This document shows, piece by piece, positions 48,121 through 60,468 of a DNA stretch of 64,000 nt (the first letter of the stretch is position 1; each line of letters opens with the position of its first letter). Origin of the DNA: Oikopleura dioica (taxonomy: Eukaryota > Animalia > Chordata); contig OU015568.1 of assembly GCA_907165135.1 (NCBI GenBank), positions 6,758,001 to 6,822,000 of the forward strand, read 5' to 3'. Position numbers and translations under genes: made by a program. The notes under the pieces are model-generated. The model did not search any database and had not been told where the DNA came from. It worked only from the letters and a program-made list of their open reading frames with translations.

Positions 48121-49714
48121 GAGCTAAGCTTATTTAAATCCATCGATTTTGAGGAGATGAACTTTCGAATGGTTAAAATTGTACATTTTTAAGCTTGGAA
48201 AAGGAACCGCGTCGACGGAAATAACCGAACAAGACCTCATGATTCCAATGTGAAAACTCATCCACCATCCAAACTCATTTTCTTTATTTTCCACTGCATA
48301 CCAAAAAATCTAAAAAAAATATTTCTTTATTTAACGATCCACACTCGTTGACCTCACAATCATCAAAGTCGTCAACGCATAAACTGACTAGCATGACTAG
48401 CAGTTATGTAAGGCGCTAATTGTTGCTCCAAATTATATCATCAAACCAAGTGATCAGAAAAAGTCTCAAACTCACTTTTATTAGCGCCCAATTTTTATGG
48501 TCTTTGATTTGTTTCCTCTCTAGCGAAATTTTTCATCAATGAGTTCATCAGTTTCTCAATTCGGAATTTATCATAATGACTGAATTTCAGTTCGATGTTC
48601 AAATCGTGATGTTCATGCGTTGTACCATTCATGGGAAGTGGAACAATGAAGACGTCCTGAATCGATTTCTCAATCAGCAGTCGTCTTTTGACCCTTGGAG
48701 TCTTTATTGAAATGCTTGGTTTTAATGTTGTTCAGCGTAAAAATGGCGTGACATTTCGATATTCATCGAAAATGCCTTTCATTTCCTCCATTGATGATCA
48801 CTGAATTGACAGAATTTAGGTCAATCAGTGAACATTAGATCATCAAACAACGTCTAAAGAAGATTTTTATCAAGTCTAAATTTTGGACCGCGAGATTAAG
48901 GGGCCTGTTTTATCGGTTTTTAGCTCCAAAAACAACGCTAAAACCCAATGAACCCGTCAATTAGGCCACTGCGCTCTCGTCTGACCCCTCGAAAATATTT
49001 TCATTGTTCCCTGTTTTTCAGGAAACGGGTGTTTTCAGGGTAGCTGGGCCAAGTCTTCCCAGACGGCCGGGGCTTTCCGCTGGATGACTCCGTGTTGGTC
49101 AGGCGCTCGCTGCGTGCGCATAATGGGTGCGGCTTGTGCCGTTATATAACTACAAAGTAACAGGGCCGAGTCCTCCGGCCATCTACGGACTCTTTCGTCA
49201 ATGGATTATGCACGGCAGGTTTTTGGGTCATTCTAAAGAGCGATAAACCCCATTTCTAGTGCCATAGTGAAGGGAACTCTTGCTGGATGCGTTTCCAACC
49301 CTTTTCTTGCTGACATTCAGTCGGACAAGTCACTCAATTTCGCGCTACAGTCACACCTACTTACTACGTTCGCTGTTACATAAAAATTACGTCATCGGAA
49401 CATCATCCCCTGTTGGATCCCCATGGCCCCAAATTGACACCCCACAAGGGGGCTCAAGGTGGGGAGAAAAGTTGGAAAGCTCGAAAGGTGAAGAAGTTGT
49501 GTTCGGTTGGTTGCCCCGCCCAGATCCTTGGCGATCGTAGTAGCCAAGAGAGGTAGAAGCACACCGTGAGCATGCGTCGATCACGCGGGTGTGGGCGTCA
49601 CAGCCCTTTTTAAATTTGAGGTCGTCTCGCCTCTCCCGCCCATAACTATCTCTAGACAAAAAACCGGAGAGCAAAAGTTGACTTTCTTTTTACTTGAACT
49701 TTGGACTCCTCCTA

Positions 49715-50377
49715 ATGTTAATCGACAACCGTCTGGAAGCAGCTAGAGGTCTTTTATTTCTCCGAGAAGCGTCGCCGAGCAGCATTACTACTTGTAGCAG
49801 TGAGAGTATCTGTTCTTCCAGCAGCATGGACCGTTCCGACGCGGAAGACATGGAAGAGAACGGAGAGGAGTATCTCCGCCCGATCAGAACGTCAGTGATT
49901 CGTTGTGGCCCGCTCTATCGACCAGCCAGCGTAGGAACGCCAGAAATCTGCGACGACTCGATGAGCTCTTCCACCGACGAGCCACCAGTCGCACAACCTG
50001 CCCGGTCAGGCCTCAGGCCTCACCAGTGCACCGAGCCCGGCTGCGGCAAGTCCTACAAAAAGAAGTCCCATCTCACAGCGCATTTGCGCACGCACAGCGG
50101 GGAGCGCCCTTATCACTGCACTTGGGAAGATTGCGGCAAGCGGTTCGCCCGCTCCGACGAGCTCAGCCGCCACAGAAAGGTCCACACTGGCGAGAAGCCC
50201 TTCCAATGTCCAGTTTGCATGCGGCGGTTTATGCGATCCGATCATCTGACGAAGCACGCGCGGCGACATATTCACTCCTTGCCCAAGTATCTTCCCAGCT
50301 GGCACCAAGTGATGGCACAGCTCCAGGACATGGCACGACGGCGGGCTCAAGCCACGGGCAAGGCCACACCCTCTTGA
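49715..50377 (+). CDS. KLF: Kruppel-like factor (KLF9/10/11/13 group), intronless
   Basis: Three C2H2 fingers (...[68 protein letters not shown]) and an N-terminal Sin3-interaction-like helix [10 protein letters not shown]. Confidence 0.93.
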   Translation: MLIDNRLEAARGLLFLREASPSSITTCSSESICSSSSMDRSDAEDMEENGEEYLRPIRTSVIRCGPLYRPASVGTPEICDDSMSSSTDEPPVAQPARSGLRPHQCTEPGCGKSYKKKSHLTAHLRTHSGERPYHCTWEDCGKRFARSDELSRHRKVHTGEKPFQCPVCMRRFMRSDHLTKHARRHIHSLPKYLPSWHQVMAQLQDMARRRAQATGKATPS

Positions 50378-50808
50378 GAAAAAGCGAGGAGCTCGAAACA
50401 CAATGGAAAAACTCACCTCACGACACTAGCATAGAAGAATGATGAAAAGATAAAGAAGCCAAGTCTGGACTTTCTACATGTATTAGATGCCAAAAAACGC
50501 TTTCTTTTGACCAAACCTTTCCTGCCCTATAAACAACTGCTGCCTTATCAAATGCTTACAATTATTTTCTAGCCTGTTCATTTTTCAACCTTTTGTTTGA
50601 ATTGTTTTTGAATTCAATACGAACTCACTTTCAATAGCGAAATACTTTTTACACTCAAAGAAACTATCGTGTCATTTATGAGTTCTGAGGACAGGAGCGA
50701 TGATTATCAGCAGGCAAAGCGGGCGTGACAACCTGGTCACTTTAGGTACTAAGCCCTGATGATCGAGTGTCTAATCAGTGCATTTTGACGCAACTTTCCT
50801 TCAAACTG

Positions 50809-50909
50809 GGCTCGGAAACCTGGGTCGAAAACCTGAGGAAGGGTCCTGAAAAAGCCGCGTAGGCCTTTTCACGACCCTGACTCAGGGTTTGAACACAGGC
50901 TGCCAAGCC
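50809..50909. mobile_element. MITE family A, short intergenic copy
   Basis: GGCTCGGAAACC...AAAAGCCGCGTAGGCCTTTT...CCCTGACTCAGG...GGCTGCCAAGCC. Confidence 0.75.
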
Positions 50910-51972
50910 TTACCGTCATAATTACACGATTAAAGCTCAATATATCCATGTCCCTAAGCTATTTAATCTCCGTAAACGTAATTAAATGAGAGTCCCGTAA
51001 TCATGTGAGTTGTAGGAAAATAGCGCCACCCAACTAATGTGTTTTCAACTTCTTCAACGTACGATTCCATCACGGAGAAAAGTCGTGCCCAGTTCATGCT
51101 ACTATTTACTCAAGAATCACACGAGTAAAATGCCAAGAAGTGCGCCAAGTAGCAACTCGCAAGACCCTGGACTGATCAACGTCCATCGACCAAATTTCCA
51201 GCGGAGGACCTTTTTTCCTTGTTGAAATTTCAACTGAACAAAGGTCATAAAATTTCAAATGGCAAAGCCTGATTTTGGGATAACGATGATCAAACACTTA
51301 TATAAGATAAACTCGTGGGAACATTGCTGAATCTTATATAAGAAAAGAAAAGATTTTGACGATGTCTGACGGTCAAGGTTTTGGTGGCAATTAGTTCTTT
51401 GTTCTCATGATGTTAAAAAGCATTTTTATTGTGGAGCAGGCATTTGGGAATCGAGTCAAACAGGTACAATCCGATATAATATTGACATATCTTTTGTTTC
51501 CCGAAAGATTATGGGAGTCTGCCTTGTCACTCCCATTTCCAATGCGGATATATTCTCCGGGAGAATCTCATCCGAGAACGATTGTTAAGATTTCACAAGC
51601 TCATGAATTTTCCCAGCGAAAATTCAGAACTTGTGCGTTGTTTCATGAAAATAACCCGACCATTAAAAGTCAGGTTGCCAAAGAGTCCTCTTGATAAAAC
51701 AGAAGAAATATAGTTAAAAAACTTATTCGTATGTGCTGGAATGTTTGTGATTGTCGACCGATCTAAAATTCCTTGTAGACAGTCGAACTTCTCATCTTAT
51801 GGCCGCCGATTTCTCGTTCTAGAGATCGGATCTGCATGCACTTGACTCTCACTGGAATAATGTGTGCCCCAGGGCCATCGCACCAAATGACGCACGCCAG
51901 TCACTGAGTGAGCACCACCACCATAACCTTGCACCTCTCAATGATTCGATTTCTAGAGAATTTATCCCGACC

Positions 51973-53941
51973 ATGAAAAGACTATTAATTCTACTAGAGA
52001 TTTTAACGAAGATAGATTGTTATTGCCCAGAAGGATGTAGGAGCTGTGGTCAGACATCAAAAGCCGATGGAACCAAAGATACTGGCTTATTTTACTGCGA
52101 CAGTGGGGGACTAACAGATGTTCCTTATGGATACAACACGAAGCAAATCAGGGACCTAAGGCTGAACAGCAACAAAATCAAGAAAATCCACCAGCACGAC
52201 TTCGGCTTGAAGCTAGAATGGCCGCTCTTGGAAGTGATTCATCTGGAAGAGAATCAAATCGAAGAGATCGATCGGAACTCCTTCCAAAATCTCGGAAACA
52301 TCACCACCCTCTTTCTTTCCAACAACAACCTCACTACTTTCCTCGACGGCATCTGGCTCCAGCTCAAATCGCTCAACCGCCTCCATCTCGACCACAACCA
52401 AATCGAAGTCATCCCTAAAGACTTTGGCGAAATGCCGCAGCTAACATGGCTGACGATCACAAACAACAAGATCTTCCACGTCGACTGGTGGCACTTCAAC
52501 AAAATCAAACTCCAACGATTTCAAATGGCCAAGAATCCGATGCCTTGCAATTGCGATAATTACGAATTCAGAATGTGGTCAGACTTGGCGTTTGAAGACG
52601 TCAGGTAAGAAGCAAAAACTTGAGGCAACCTGAGTCAGGCTTTGAAAGAACACTTTTGAAAAGCCGCGTAGCGGCTTTTTCAAAAACAAACCCGCGAAGC
52701 GGCTTCCCAAAAAATACCATTACAGTCTATCTCGAAATTTTGGTGAAGCCGCTTCGCGGCTTCGTTTTTGAAAAAGCCGCTTCGCGGCTTTTCATAAGTG
52801 TTCTTTCAAAGCCTGACTCAGGTTTTCGACAACGGATTCTTAGCCCAGAAAAGCCATTTATCTAAAAATTTCTATTTAGATTCGTTGACTTGGGCTTCAT
52901 CTGCCGAGGTGTCGAAGGAGGCCCATCAAATTGCACAGAACCAAGAGTAATCAACGCTGGTCACGTGAGAAACGAAGATGATGTGTACTCCGAGGCCTAC
53001 AGGACGATCTATACAATTGGCGAAAACGCAACTCTCTTTTGCAATTTCACTGGAGACCCGGTTCCAAAAGTGAGATGGATAAACGACAAAATCGGGCTGG
53101 ATAAAAATGATACCGATCCAGACGTGACTGTTGACGGCAATTTATTCATTCAGAATCTCACTCTTGGTGAGAAAAAAGCGTCTTTTCCCGAGAATAGCTT
53201 AATTTTCAGAGCATACTGGTTCCTACTGGTGCAACTTGGAAACAATCAGCTTTCGAAAAGTTGAGCGAAAAGTCAATTTGAAAGTGATTGAAGGAACTAA
53301 GCCGCAAATCACTGGAATCTCGACGCAAATCAACAAAGTAGAAGGCGAATACGCAAAGCTCTCGTGCAACATCACTTCCGAACCTCCGCCAGTTATTTCT
53401 TGGTTTTACCCGAACGGCACCAAAGTTGATGCTTCCACGAATATCGACAAGCTAAATGTGATGAATTTGCAGGGAATGTCGATTCTCACAGTAAGGTAGG
53501 TTTCTACATTTCAAATTAAGAGCTTATCTGATCCTAGAGACCTGGACATTTTGGACCAGGGAAACTACAAATGCAAGGCACACAACTTCCTCGGCGATAT
53601 TGAGGCTGAAATCCTCATGGTCGTCGAAGTCTCCGAACCAGAAGGTGACAACTACTTGCTTCTTGTCGGAGGAATTCTTGTCGCTTTCGTCGTAGTGGCA
53701 ATCTTCATCGTCGCTGGAACTTACGCGAAGAAATACAGGTACGCCCCCTTTATCATAAATTTCCCGATTTTTCCTTGTTTAGGCGGAAGGCCCAACTCAG
53801 AAGAGAACGAGAACAAGAACATGTCCGCGCTCAGCCCGTGGACGGTATGCGTATTTAACCAAGCATTGCTGAGATCAATCAGATTCTGTACAAAACTCCT
53901 TCAAAAACTTCCCGCTTTCATGTCCACCGAAATTTTTCTAA
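51973..53941 (+). CDS. LRR + two Ig-domain single-pass membrane protein (LIG family)
   Basis: Signal peptide; LRRNT CPEGC; LRRs (LxxLxLxxNxI); LRRCT NPMPCNC; two Ig domains (ATLFC...VRW; AKLSC...ISW...DQGNYKCKAHN); TM LLLVGGILVAFVVVAIFIV. Confidence 0.9.
52621..52846. mobile_element. MITE family A, copy in an LRR-Ig intron
   Basis: AACCTGAGTCAGGCTTTGAAAGAACAC...four AAGCCGC/GCGGCTT hairpins...GTGTTCTTTCAAAGCCTGACTCAGGTT. Confidence 0.85.
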
Positions 53942-54065
53942 TACAGCTAATCTCAACTTCAACAGAATTTTTCATAAAGTCGAAAACTCTTTGAAAGTTC
54001 ATTTTCATGAGATTTGACCAAATGCTCATATTGTCACAGTAAAATAGTCGGCCAATCTGACTAAA

Positions 54066-55163
54066 ATGAAACTCAAGAGCTTTTTGATACAGTTAGCCGC
54101 AACTTCCAACGCGCTCAATGCAACAGCAACTGATACAGATTTACTTGTACTCAATACGTACCAAGCAGGTTACTGGCCCGCGCTAGTCATCAATACTCTC
54201 ACTGATCAACTTCATACAGTAAATTTTGAGCATTCTTACCCAGCAGGTTTCTACGACGCTTCATTTTCATTTTCTAGCTCTTTTTTCTAGTGGAAGACAG
54301 CTGTGTCGTTCAGTTCCAAGGCTCTTATTTTGTCCTCGGAGGATATTACAGACCTCGAATGATAGCAAAAATAGAAGATTGCGGAATTCGAGAGCAGGCC
54401 GAGCAACTACCAGTTCCTCACATAAACGGAATGTATGGATCTTGTACGGTTTACGAGGAAGCTGTTCAGCTTTGCTTCTACGGAGAGCCGCAAAAAGGAT
54501 GCGCTTCATTTACCCCAGAATCCGGGTCATTCCCTTTGGAAGGCCGAACAAGAGAAAGCCACGATTTTGCCGGAATGATCACTTTCAATGTTCGTTTTTT
54601 TTTCCTATAATTCGATCATTATTTTTCGTATAGGATCAAATGTATGTTGTCGGAGGCTGCGGAAATACTTATCAAGATTGCCACAGTAAAGTCGAAATTT
54701 ACAATTCAAAGAACAAGGCCTGGGTTGAAGGTATAATCAGATAAATGCTTAGATTACTTTGAGCTTGAAACTTTTGAAAGGCGCGAGTCCCCCAGTAGCT
54801 GAGTTTTATGGAATGGCCTTGACTGCCGATGAAAACTCCATCTATGCTTTTGGCGGCCGACGCGATCATACTAGCTCGCCAAACGATGTCTTTGAGTATA
54901 GATATGGGAAGTGGAAGATCTTGGGAAATATGGTGGAGAATCATCGAAAACTCAACTCTGCTTTTCAAATTGGAGATGTTGTCTATTCTGGCTACTGTGG
55001 TTTGGAGAAAAACGTTATCAGTGAAAATGGAGTCGAGTCAAAATGTGAGTCTCAATAGAAGAGGATCAGATTTTATTTTATTCTAGCTCTTTATTCGCCG
55101 GAGCGATGCTTAGAACTGTACTACGCGATTATGATGCCAATGCCTGCCGGAAGCTGTAAATAA
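54066..55163 (+). CDS. Secreted kelch-repeat-like beta-propeller protein
   Basis: Signal-like start MKLKSFLIQLAA; kelch-like GG motifs (SYFVLGG, QMYVVGGC, SIYAFGG) each followed by Y/W; GT-AG introns. Confidence 0.7.
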
Positions 55164-55372
55164 AGCCACTGTTACTGATTTTTATTCGGAAATACAAAAG
55201 AATAAAATCACTCACTCTCACCCACTGAACGTCGCGTTCTGTCGAAATCAGCAAGAAAAATCCGGTTTGCCGAGGATCAAGGGAGAATCCCGGAAAATCG
55301 AGGGTCATCCACTTTTAGTATAATATTTCCACGATTATTTTTTCCAAAGCAATTCGGAAGAGTCAAGAGAAC

Positions 55373-55936
55373 ATGATGTTGAGCTTGAAGTTTCTGTTTT
55401 TAACCAGCGATTTTGCGCAGGGAAACATCAAGACACGGTCTACAGGAGGTAAAACATTCTGTAAGACTCGGGGAGAGACACTAGAGGAGATGTGCTGTCT
55501 AGGAACAGAGCTGAAATGCTTTGGATGCAACGACAAGCTACTGAATAAGTTCGGCATTCCTTGCGAAGAGCAACCGACATCGATTGAAAGTCCAAATGAT
55601 GAGTGGAAAAGAGACTGTTTTTGTGGGGGCACTGGTTATATCGCCGAATGTCGCCATGTAAAAAATCGAGGGATCAAGTACTTGTAATTTTTACAAAATC
55701 CCTTCTTCGCCCCTTCCTTCTGGCGACCTTCGACGACATAACCAGTATCGCCCGTTTTTGTGACTCCTCTTGCTTGCTGTTTGACGATTGCTGCAAGGAT
55801 TTCAAGAAACTTTGTGGACATTTACCACGTGAGTATAAAAAATTATGATATATATTTTATAAATATAGCAGAGCAGAACAAAAATTGCCCTCGTATCTAT
55901 CACGTCTTGCTGTTAATAAAGCCAATATTACTGTAA
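55373..55936 (+). CDS. Secreted somatomedin-B-domain protein (SBSPON/TINAG-like N-terminus), interrupted by a MITE
   Basis: Removing the 137-bp insertion gives CCLGTELKC...RDCFCDSSCLLFDDCCKDFKKLC (SMB Cys pattern). 3' end approximate. Confidence 0.7.
55626..55753. mobile_element. 128-bp MITE with 9-bp TSD (Mutator-like) inside a coding exon
   Basis: Imperfect ~32-bp TIRs (GGGGCACTGGTTATATCGCCGAATGTCGCCA versus reverse complement GGGCGATACTGGTTATGTCGTCGAAGGTCGCCA). TSD GTTTTTGTG at 55617-55625 and 55754-55762. Confidence 0.8.
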
Positions 55937-56156
55937 AAAAACACATGTTTCAATTTATTCGGTCATAGTTTTCAATCTCATTCGGTTTAAAATCTTTCGC
56001 TTTGCGTCGAGCCGGTTGTCAGGAAGTTCATTCGGGAGACTAATAAATCGCCCTCGTTTCGTAGTTTTTGGGATCTGAATCATTCAATTGGAAGAAAACA
56101 CGAAGAAAAGTACTCTTGATCTGGCGTTTTTCTTGATGATGACAGTTTCAGCAACG

Positions 56157-57506
56157 CTAGCAGCGACGGAAACAGGGCGGAGTCTTTTCTTGGGCTTTCA
56201 AATTAAAAAAAATATGAAGAAAATATTTGCGGCGCACAGTCCTATTGTTGCTTTCAGAAAGCAATTCTCGTTTTCGGAATTTTTTCTTTGGAACATAATT
56301 TTCATCGATTTTTGAGGAAGAAATATTCGTGATTGAAGTACTCATGATTTTTGGTTTCGATGAGGAGCGAATTGAGCTGATGGCTTTATCGCTCTCTTGT
56401 TGTATTTTTCTTGGGGCGGGAGTGACCAAAGTCTTGAGGTTTTCTACGCAGCTCATGGCAAGCTGTAGTTTTGACTAAACAATTTTGGTAAAAACCAGTG
56501 AGAAAAGGGTTACATTCATGGAAGTCCGAGAAATGTACTTTTGATCTCGGTTGTCAAAGTTTTGCTTCACAAGAGCAAGTTCCAAGAGGCATTTCTTCAA
56601 AAGCCAGTCGGCCTTTTTCGTGATGCTGATTTTGTCTTTGTTCATAACGCTCATGATCGCGTTATTTTCGTCTTCGATGTTTATTGAAATGGGTGGAAAT
56701 AAGATGAGATTGTTTGATAATAGAACGGCCCAGCTTCATTTAATCTCGCTCTCAATCTACAAATTGTTGTAGGTACAAATAGTCTGGATAAATTTTCAGG
56801 TCAAGTGGTCTGATAGATGGCGTAAGTCGATGATAAAAGTTTACCGCGGGACTAAATTATCATTTTCATTTAAAAAAATCTATGAGAAACTCGTGAGAAG
56901 TTAGCAAAAATTGAAACAATTCAATTGTGACACTGACGAACTTCATTAAAAAATGTAACTTTAAGATCTCGATTTTTTGAACGGGTTAACGCGGGAGCGC
57001 ACAAAATTTTTTTCCCGGTGAGCGCACGGCGCCCCTTTTTCGGGGCAAACCCCATTTAAACATTCTAGCGCAAAACCAGTAAATTGTTAGGTCAAAAAAA
57101 GTCTTCTACAAGACATAATAGACACACTGTCGACAAAATTTAGCCCCAGCAAGGTGGGGTAACGAAAATTTTCGATGATGAAAACTTGAAAAAATCGAGG
57201 ATAAACGGGCTCTGCCCCGAAAAAGGGGCGCCGTGCGCTCGCGCGTTAAGACAATATTGAAGCAAAAAGGTAATATCATATAACTTATTTCTATATATTC
57301 TGAAATTTTTGATTCAATAAATTTCCTAAAATTTTTAACTTCTGCGCAAGTTGTCTCGTTTGTCTTTTCTGCTCTTCAAGGGCTGCATTCTTCATCGTTA
57401 TTTGATTCTCTAGTACTCTTTTTTCATCTTGCACGAGCAATAATTGCTTGTGAATATCTTTCAAGTCCTTTTTTGGTCTTGTGAAAAGCTGTCGTATGCT
57501 CTTCAT
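56157..57506 (-). CDS. Unidentified protein with N-terminal coiled coil
   Basis: MKSIRQLFTRPKKDLKDIHKQLLLVQDEKRVLENQ..., with plausible further exons at ~56520-56770 and 56157-56480. Linkage of these exons is inferred. Confidence 0.4.
56990..57245. mobile_element. TTAA-flanked MITE (piggyBac-like target)
   Basis: TTAA|CGCG...GAGCGCACGGCGCCCCTTTTTCGGGGCA ... TGCCCCGAAAAAGGGGCGCCGTGCGCTCGCGCG|TTAA. Confidence 0.6.
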
Positions 57507-57539
57507 TTTGTCCTCTTATTTTCAGATCTCAATTTATAG

Positions 57540-58612
57540 ATAAAAAAAGCTTATGAAAGAAGTGAAATCCGAAGCATAAACTCGCTGATGGTTTAGCTTC
57601 GCTTCTTCAATGCGAGGCTAAAAGTGTCATTAGAAAAGAAAAAGTCTCTGAAAGTGCAAATGTGATCAAACACTTCATCTTCTTTGAAAGCCTTGTCTGA
57701 GGCCGCCGCACCTTGAGATGACGAAAGATTCCAGCTGAGTAGGTTTACATTTCTACTTCTTACAAATTTCGCTTCAAAAATGAACCCATGCCTGTTATTG
57801 CTTCTTCTACTTGAGCATCTGCGGCGATCGCGCTTCGTAAATCTTCGACTTGGTCTTCTGAGTACTCTCTCGTATTTTCCATTTTCTGCCGCATCTTGTT
57901 TTCTAGCAACTCCAAGTTTTGGTACTGGGCTTCGAGCAGATGTGTTTTCAGCATGTTGGTTGTCTTTACTTTCTCCTGTAGTGAGGGATTCATAATGTGA
58001 AACTAACTTCGTTTATATTCATTCTGGGCTCGGCAACCTAATTAGAAAACCTGAGTCGGGGTCTGAAAGAGAAAAATGAAAAGCCGCGTAGCGGCTTCTT
58101 TAAAAACGAAGCCGCTTCGCGGTTTTGTTACAAAAAAAGCCGCTACGCAGCTTTTCATTTTTGCTCTTTCAGACCCTGACTCAGGTTTTCTAATTAGGTT
58201 GCCGAGCCTAGTATTCAACTCTAAGGGTTGGGCCTAATCCTAACCCCTTCCTGTAGCTGATCCATGAATTTGAGCAACTTTTCATTGAGCACAACACTTT
58301 CCTTGTCCACAGTTCTGAATTTTTGTTCAATCTCCTTGTTGATTTCAATTTGTTTTCCAATGATCCAGTACCCACGAGTTTCTTTTTTCAGACTAAGAAG
58401 ATATCAATATTTTTTTATTCAGAAAAAAGCATCTACTTTTCAATATTGTCGATTTGAAAATCTGCAATACTTTCTCTTCTGCGAACGTCAATGTCCGAGG
58501 CATCACGTAAGGAGTTCTCAATCTCGTCCAACTCATTTATTCTATCGAGAACGGATAGTCTTGAGTTGCGTTTATCCTTCGCTGTTGAGCTTTTTCTCCT
58601 ATCTTTGCCCAT
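57540..58612 (-). CDS. Unidentified charged/coiled-coil protein
   Basis: ATG at 58612 immediately after TTAG; MGKDRRKSSTAKDKRNSRLSVLDRINELDEIENSL...; GT-AG introns. 3' part uncertain. Confidence 0.4.
58027..58208. mobile_element. MITE family A, best-conserved copy
   Basis: GGCTCGGCAACCTAATTAGAAAACCTGAGTC...GACTCAGGTTTTCTAATTAGGTTGCCGAGCC. Confidence 0.9.
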
Positions 58613-58992
58613 CTAACGCGTTTGGAACAATTTTCAATTTCAATTAATGAAATGAGAATTTCAGAAAGTCGACAAAAATGGGCTTGAATAATTTATATTG
58701 GCTTGAGTAAGTGTTCCGTCTTTACTTGATTAAAAGAGACGTATTATGAAGACTAAATACTCACTGAAAGTCATCAAGATTTCTAATGAATAAAAGGATG
58801 AATAAACAATTTTCATAATCCCGTTAAAGATTTTCGTCTTTTTTGTTTTTTTTCATAGTTATTTAAACAATCTCTCCTCTTAAATATTTGCACGAAGAAT
58901 GGTAAAAAATTAATCGCTGCATTTTCCCTTCTCTCATAAGAGAATAAGGAGAAAAAGCTTGAGGTAGCAACTTTTTCCAGAATTCGGCCATC

Positions 58993-60468
58993 ATGGAGGA
59001 TCAACTCACGACGGACAACGAAAGCTCAAAGATTGCCTCTCGCCCAGCTTCGGCCATCATGGAGGAACGAGTCACGGACATGATTCCAGAAGAGCCAGTG
59101 ATGTCGCAGCCAGACTCACCTGACGATTCTTTCCAACCAGATATTTCCCTCAACGCAAGAAGCAGTGCCGAGAGTTCAAGACTCCAGGTAACCAAATCAA
59201 TTCAAAATTATGTCTACTCGTGTTTAGCCCGAGACGAGTGACGCCATCAACACCAGGCCAGATGACTGGGAACGTCGAGAAAAAGACAACGGAGTTCCTT
59301 ACTACGTTGATCATGTGAGAAAGAAGACAGTATGGACTCACCCAGACCTCACCGAGTTCATCACTGGTTTGCAAGTTCTCAACGAAATTCGGTTCCCCGC
59401 CTATCGGACCGCCATCAAGCTCCGCAAAATCCAGATGAAGCTCACTTCGGACAACTTCAACATTGAAAATATGCAGAAGGCATTCAGAACTGTTTCTCCT
59501 GATCCAACTGCAACGATCGAGGTGATAATTTTGGCTGAGATTCTCTATGATCTGTACGAAAATTCTAAGCGGCGCGCTTATCAGGTAAAAATTAGAGACA
59601 TTTTCAGTTGTTAGTAAATTTTTCAAGGCCGACTTGACTCTCAATTGGCTGCTCTCCGTTTTCAACCCTAAGCGAGAAGGAACCATTCCAGTTCTCTGTG
59701 TCAAGGTTGGCCTCGTTGCTTTGTGTGGCGCACAGCTGGAGCAAAAGTACAGATATCTTTTCACCGCTACCAGTGGTGCGAAGAGAACGATGAACAAGGA
59801 AGGCCTCAAAGCTCTTGTCTACGTTCTGTCTCAAATTCCATACCATCTTAACGAACACGTCGCCTTCGTTGGAAACGAGCTCAACGTGGATCCGACTGTC
59901 GAAAGCTGCTTTCAACACAGGTGAATGATCAATTGAAATGTTCAAGTATCTATTTCGATTATGTTCAGAGCGAACCCCAAGAGTCCAACTCTTCACATGG
60001 ACGACTTCATGAACTGGTGTTCTCTTCAACCTGAGTCTATAGTTTGGCTTCCTATTCTTCACCGAACGATCGCAGCCGAGAAAGTCACTCATAATGTCAA
60101 ATGCCAGTGCTGTAGAAATAAAGACTTCACTGGCTTTAGATACAAATCCCTCAAGGTAGAGTCTAAAAGTAGAATCAAGAAGAATATGGATTTCTTTTCA
60201 GCGATTCCGACATGATCTTTGTCAAGAATGCTATCTGTATGGCAAGGCTAATGAAAAGAAGCTCGTTCATTCGCCCTTGGTCGAGTATTATAATCCGACA
60301 GGAATAAGAGAAAACATCCGGGATTTTGTAAGTTGCAGAAAAATACAATAAATAATACGAAAATTTCAGATGCGAACTGCTCAGAACAAAATTCCTTTCT
60401 TGCGCAAGAAAAACATCAAGCTAGACTACCGATATTATCTTCCGATTAATCCTCAACAAAGCCCGTAA
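58993..60468 (+). CDS. Short dystrophin-family protein (WW + EF-hands + ZZ only, ~420 aa)
   Basis: WW: DWERREKDNGVPYYVDHVRKKTVWTHP. IRFPAYRTAIKLRKIQ; LTLNWLLSVF; KVGLVALC; EQKYRYLF; QPESIVWLPILHRTIAAE. ZZ: KCQCC...GFRYKSLK|RFRHDLCQEC...SPLVEY. Stop at 60466-60468 and AATAAA at ~60512. Confidence 0.9.

Noticed and set aside
58027-58208. TSD and superfamily assignment for MITE family A
   Set aside because: Flanks of the six copies give no consistent duplication, so the superfamily is left unassigned.
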